64,000 nt of DNA, from the IMG/VR virus record IMGVR_UViG_3300035698_017305, positions 68,814 to 132,813 of that record, one strand, 5' to 3'. The notes under the pieces were generated by a model. It saw only the letters and a list, made by a program, of their open reading frames with translations. It made no database searches and had not been told where the DNA came from. Positions 62,948 through 64,000 of this stretch are shown one piece after another. This DNA is from a virus. The translations under genes were made by a program, and so were the position numbers. The number at the start of each line of letters is the position of its first letter. The stretch's first letter is position 1.

Positions 62948-64000
62948 ATGTCCAATCAACCGCTATTCATGGATGAGTCTGAAGAACTTTTCAAAGAGGC
63001 TTCTTTCATCCATATCATGAACTCCAATCCAGACACTTGGACTACTGAGGTCATGCAACAGGCGTATAAGCATCTCCCCTATATTGCGGAGTACTTAATC
63101 AGCGTAAAGCTAGACCGTCAAAACCCAGAAGTGGGGTCTGCACTCGGTCACTTACAGATAAGGCCGAAGGGAGTGGGTATACCCGATCCAAAGAAACCTA
63201 CGGCTAAGGTACCAATTATTATTGATGAGGCAAAGCTACACCCGTTTGACGTCCTGATAACAAGCAAGGGCAAGACTATGCCTTTGACCGAGGACAGGCT
63301 ACGGGAAGATCTGTTTAACCCATCAACCTTTGACTTGGTAAAGTCGCCTCCCCCTCCAGTACGAATGGAAGACTTGATGAGTCCTCCAGGCGGTGGCGGC
63401 GGAGATGATGGCGGCTCTATTAAATCGTCAGCATTCAAAGACATATTTGAACTAGCCCCCCGTGAAAAGCTGGCTAGAATGGTAATGGTTATGTCGGACT
63501 CCCCGGCGTTTATGTCCAAGGCCGCATCGGATAAAAGCGTTATGGACACAGCACTGCGTATCCATCATCTGTCTACCAAGGTAGCTGCGACCACAGGGGA
63601 CATTGTGAAGCAGGCGGCTGCTAATATTGAACCTACCGTTGTCCAGATAATACCCCGTAAAGACGGGCAGTATTTGATCAAGACAGCTAACCCAGGGGCT
63701 TTTGCTCCTCAGTCCAACGTGGTACCACAAGGTAAGATGCCCCCTGGAGTTGGCGGGGGAACCCAAGCTTTACCTGTCGGAGGTATGCCGGGTGAAGAGG
63801 GGGCACCACAGGTTCCACAGCCTCCCCAGCCGAATGTACTTCCTGGATCCGGTATTCCCGCTCCAGGTCCGGCGGGGCCCATTGACACGTCAAGTATGGA
63901 GCAGCCTATGCAACCTGCACAGGAGCAAGGTCCGGGTCAACCGATGCCAGCCCCTGAAGAACAGAGGATGCCACCAGCTCCTATTGAACAGTTTGGGCAA
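62948..64000 (+). CDS. Large head-region protein running off the window end (not in the ORF track); leader-like N-terminus, K-x-A motifs, Pro/Gly/Gln-rich region
   Basis: GGGAG RBS; open frame from ATG 62948 (MSNQPLFMDESEELFKEASF...) with no stop to 64000; motifs KEA, KLA, KAA, KVA, KQA, KTA. Confidence 0.8.
   Translation, partial: MSNQPLFMDESEELFKEASFIHIMNSNPDTWTTEVMQQAYKHLPYIAEYLISVKLDRQNPEVGSALGHLQIRPKGVGIPDPKKPTAKVPIIIDEAKLHPFDVLITSKGKTMPLTEDRLREDLFNPSTFDLVKSPPPPVRMEDLMSPPGGGGGDDGGSIKSSAFKDIFELAPREKLARMVMVMSDSPAFMSKAASDKSVMDTALRIHHLSTKVAATTGDIVKQAAANIEPTVVQIIPRKDGQYLIKTANPGAFAPQSNVVPQGKMPPGVGGGTQALPVGGMPGEEGAPQVPQPPQPNVLPGSGIPAPGPAGPIDTSSMEQPMQPAQEQGPGQPMPAPEEQRMPPAPIEQFGQ

Noticed and set aside
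1-64000. Many antisense or alternate-frame ORFs of 60-200 aa in the track, lying inside long genes (e.g. 2013-2360, 14125-14493, 26171-26776, 59058-59678)
   Set aside because: They are fully nested opposite well-supported genes, are Ser/Pro-rich as expected for shadow ORFs, and have no motifs or RBS.
1-64000. tRNA, rRNA, introns/inteins, transposases, integrase
   Set aside because: No T-loop or cloverleaf pattern, intein splice motifs, homing-endonuclease motifs or DDE/tyrosine recombinase motifs were seen by eye. The RNAP, polymerase and helicase motifs are uninterrupted. A covariance-model scan would be needed to exclude small RNAs.
1-64000. Alternative genetic code (stop-codon reassignment)
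   Set aside because: Genes up to 2058 aa are intact under the standard code, and TAA, TAG and TGA all end genes at tight junctions.

Overview
This window comes from a large tailed dsDNA bacteriophage with a contractile tail (myovirus-like, probably jumbo-sized). It uses the standard genetic code, Shine-Dalgarno-led starts and many TAATG/ATGA-coupled genes. It has three blocks. (1) 1-31.4 kb, + strand: baseplate hub, gp25-like, baseplate J-like, P2-I-like wedge and tail-fibre genes, then holin-like and spanin-like genes; a sigma70-family factor and several small Gly/Ala-rich ORFs are embedded in this tail cluster. (2) 31.4-48.8 kb, - strand: a replication/recombination operon (SF2 helicase, family-4 UDG, DnaB, DnaG, gp32-like SSB, family-A polymerase, HU, RecA, Hjc-like and RusA-like resolvases, Cas4-like nuclease, UvsY-like protein). 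(3) 48.9-64 kb, + strand: head-related genes, portal, a 2058-aa single-chain beta-beta' RNA polymerase, and the baseplate spike. The main unexplained patterns are: a shared N-terminal leader F-[LFM]-x-E-x-[DE]-x-[IVL]-x(1-4)-K-x-A on seven scattered ORFs (candidate capsid-targeting/maturation signal); a fused minimal RNA polymerase whose sigma-binding surface has diverged together with the phage sigma; and a perfect -1 slippery heptamer (or a non-AUG start) at 8129. All functional calls come from motif recognition by eye; no database searches were run. No tRNA, rRNA, CRISPR array or transposase was seen.
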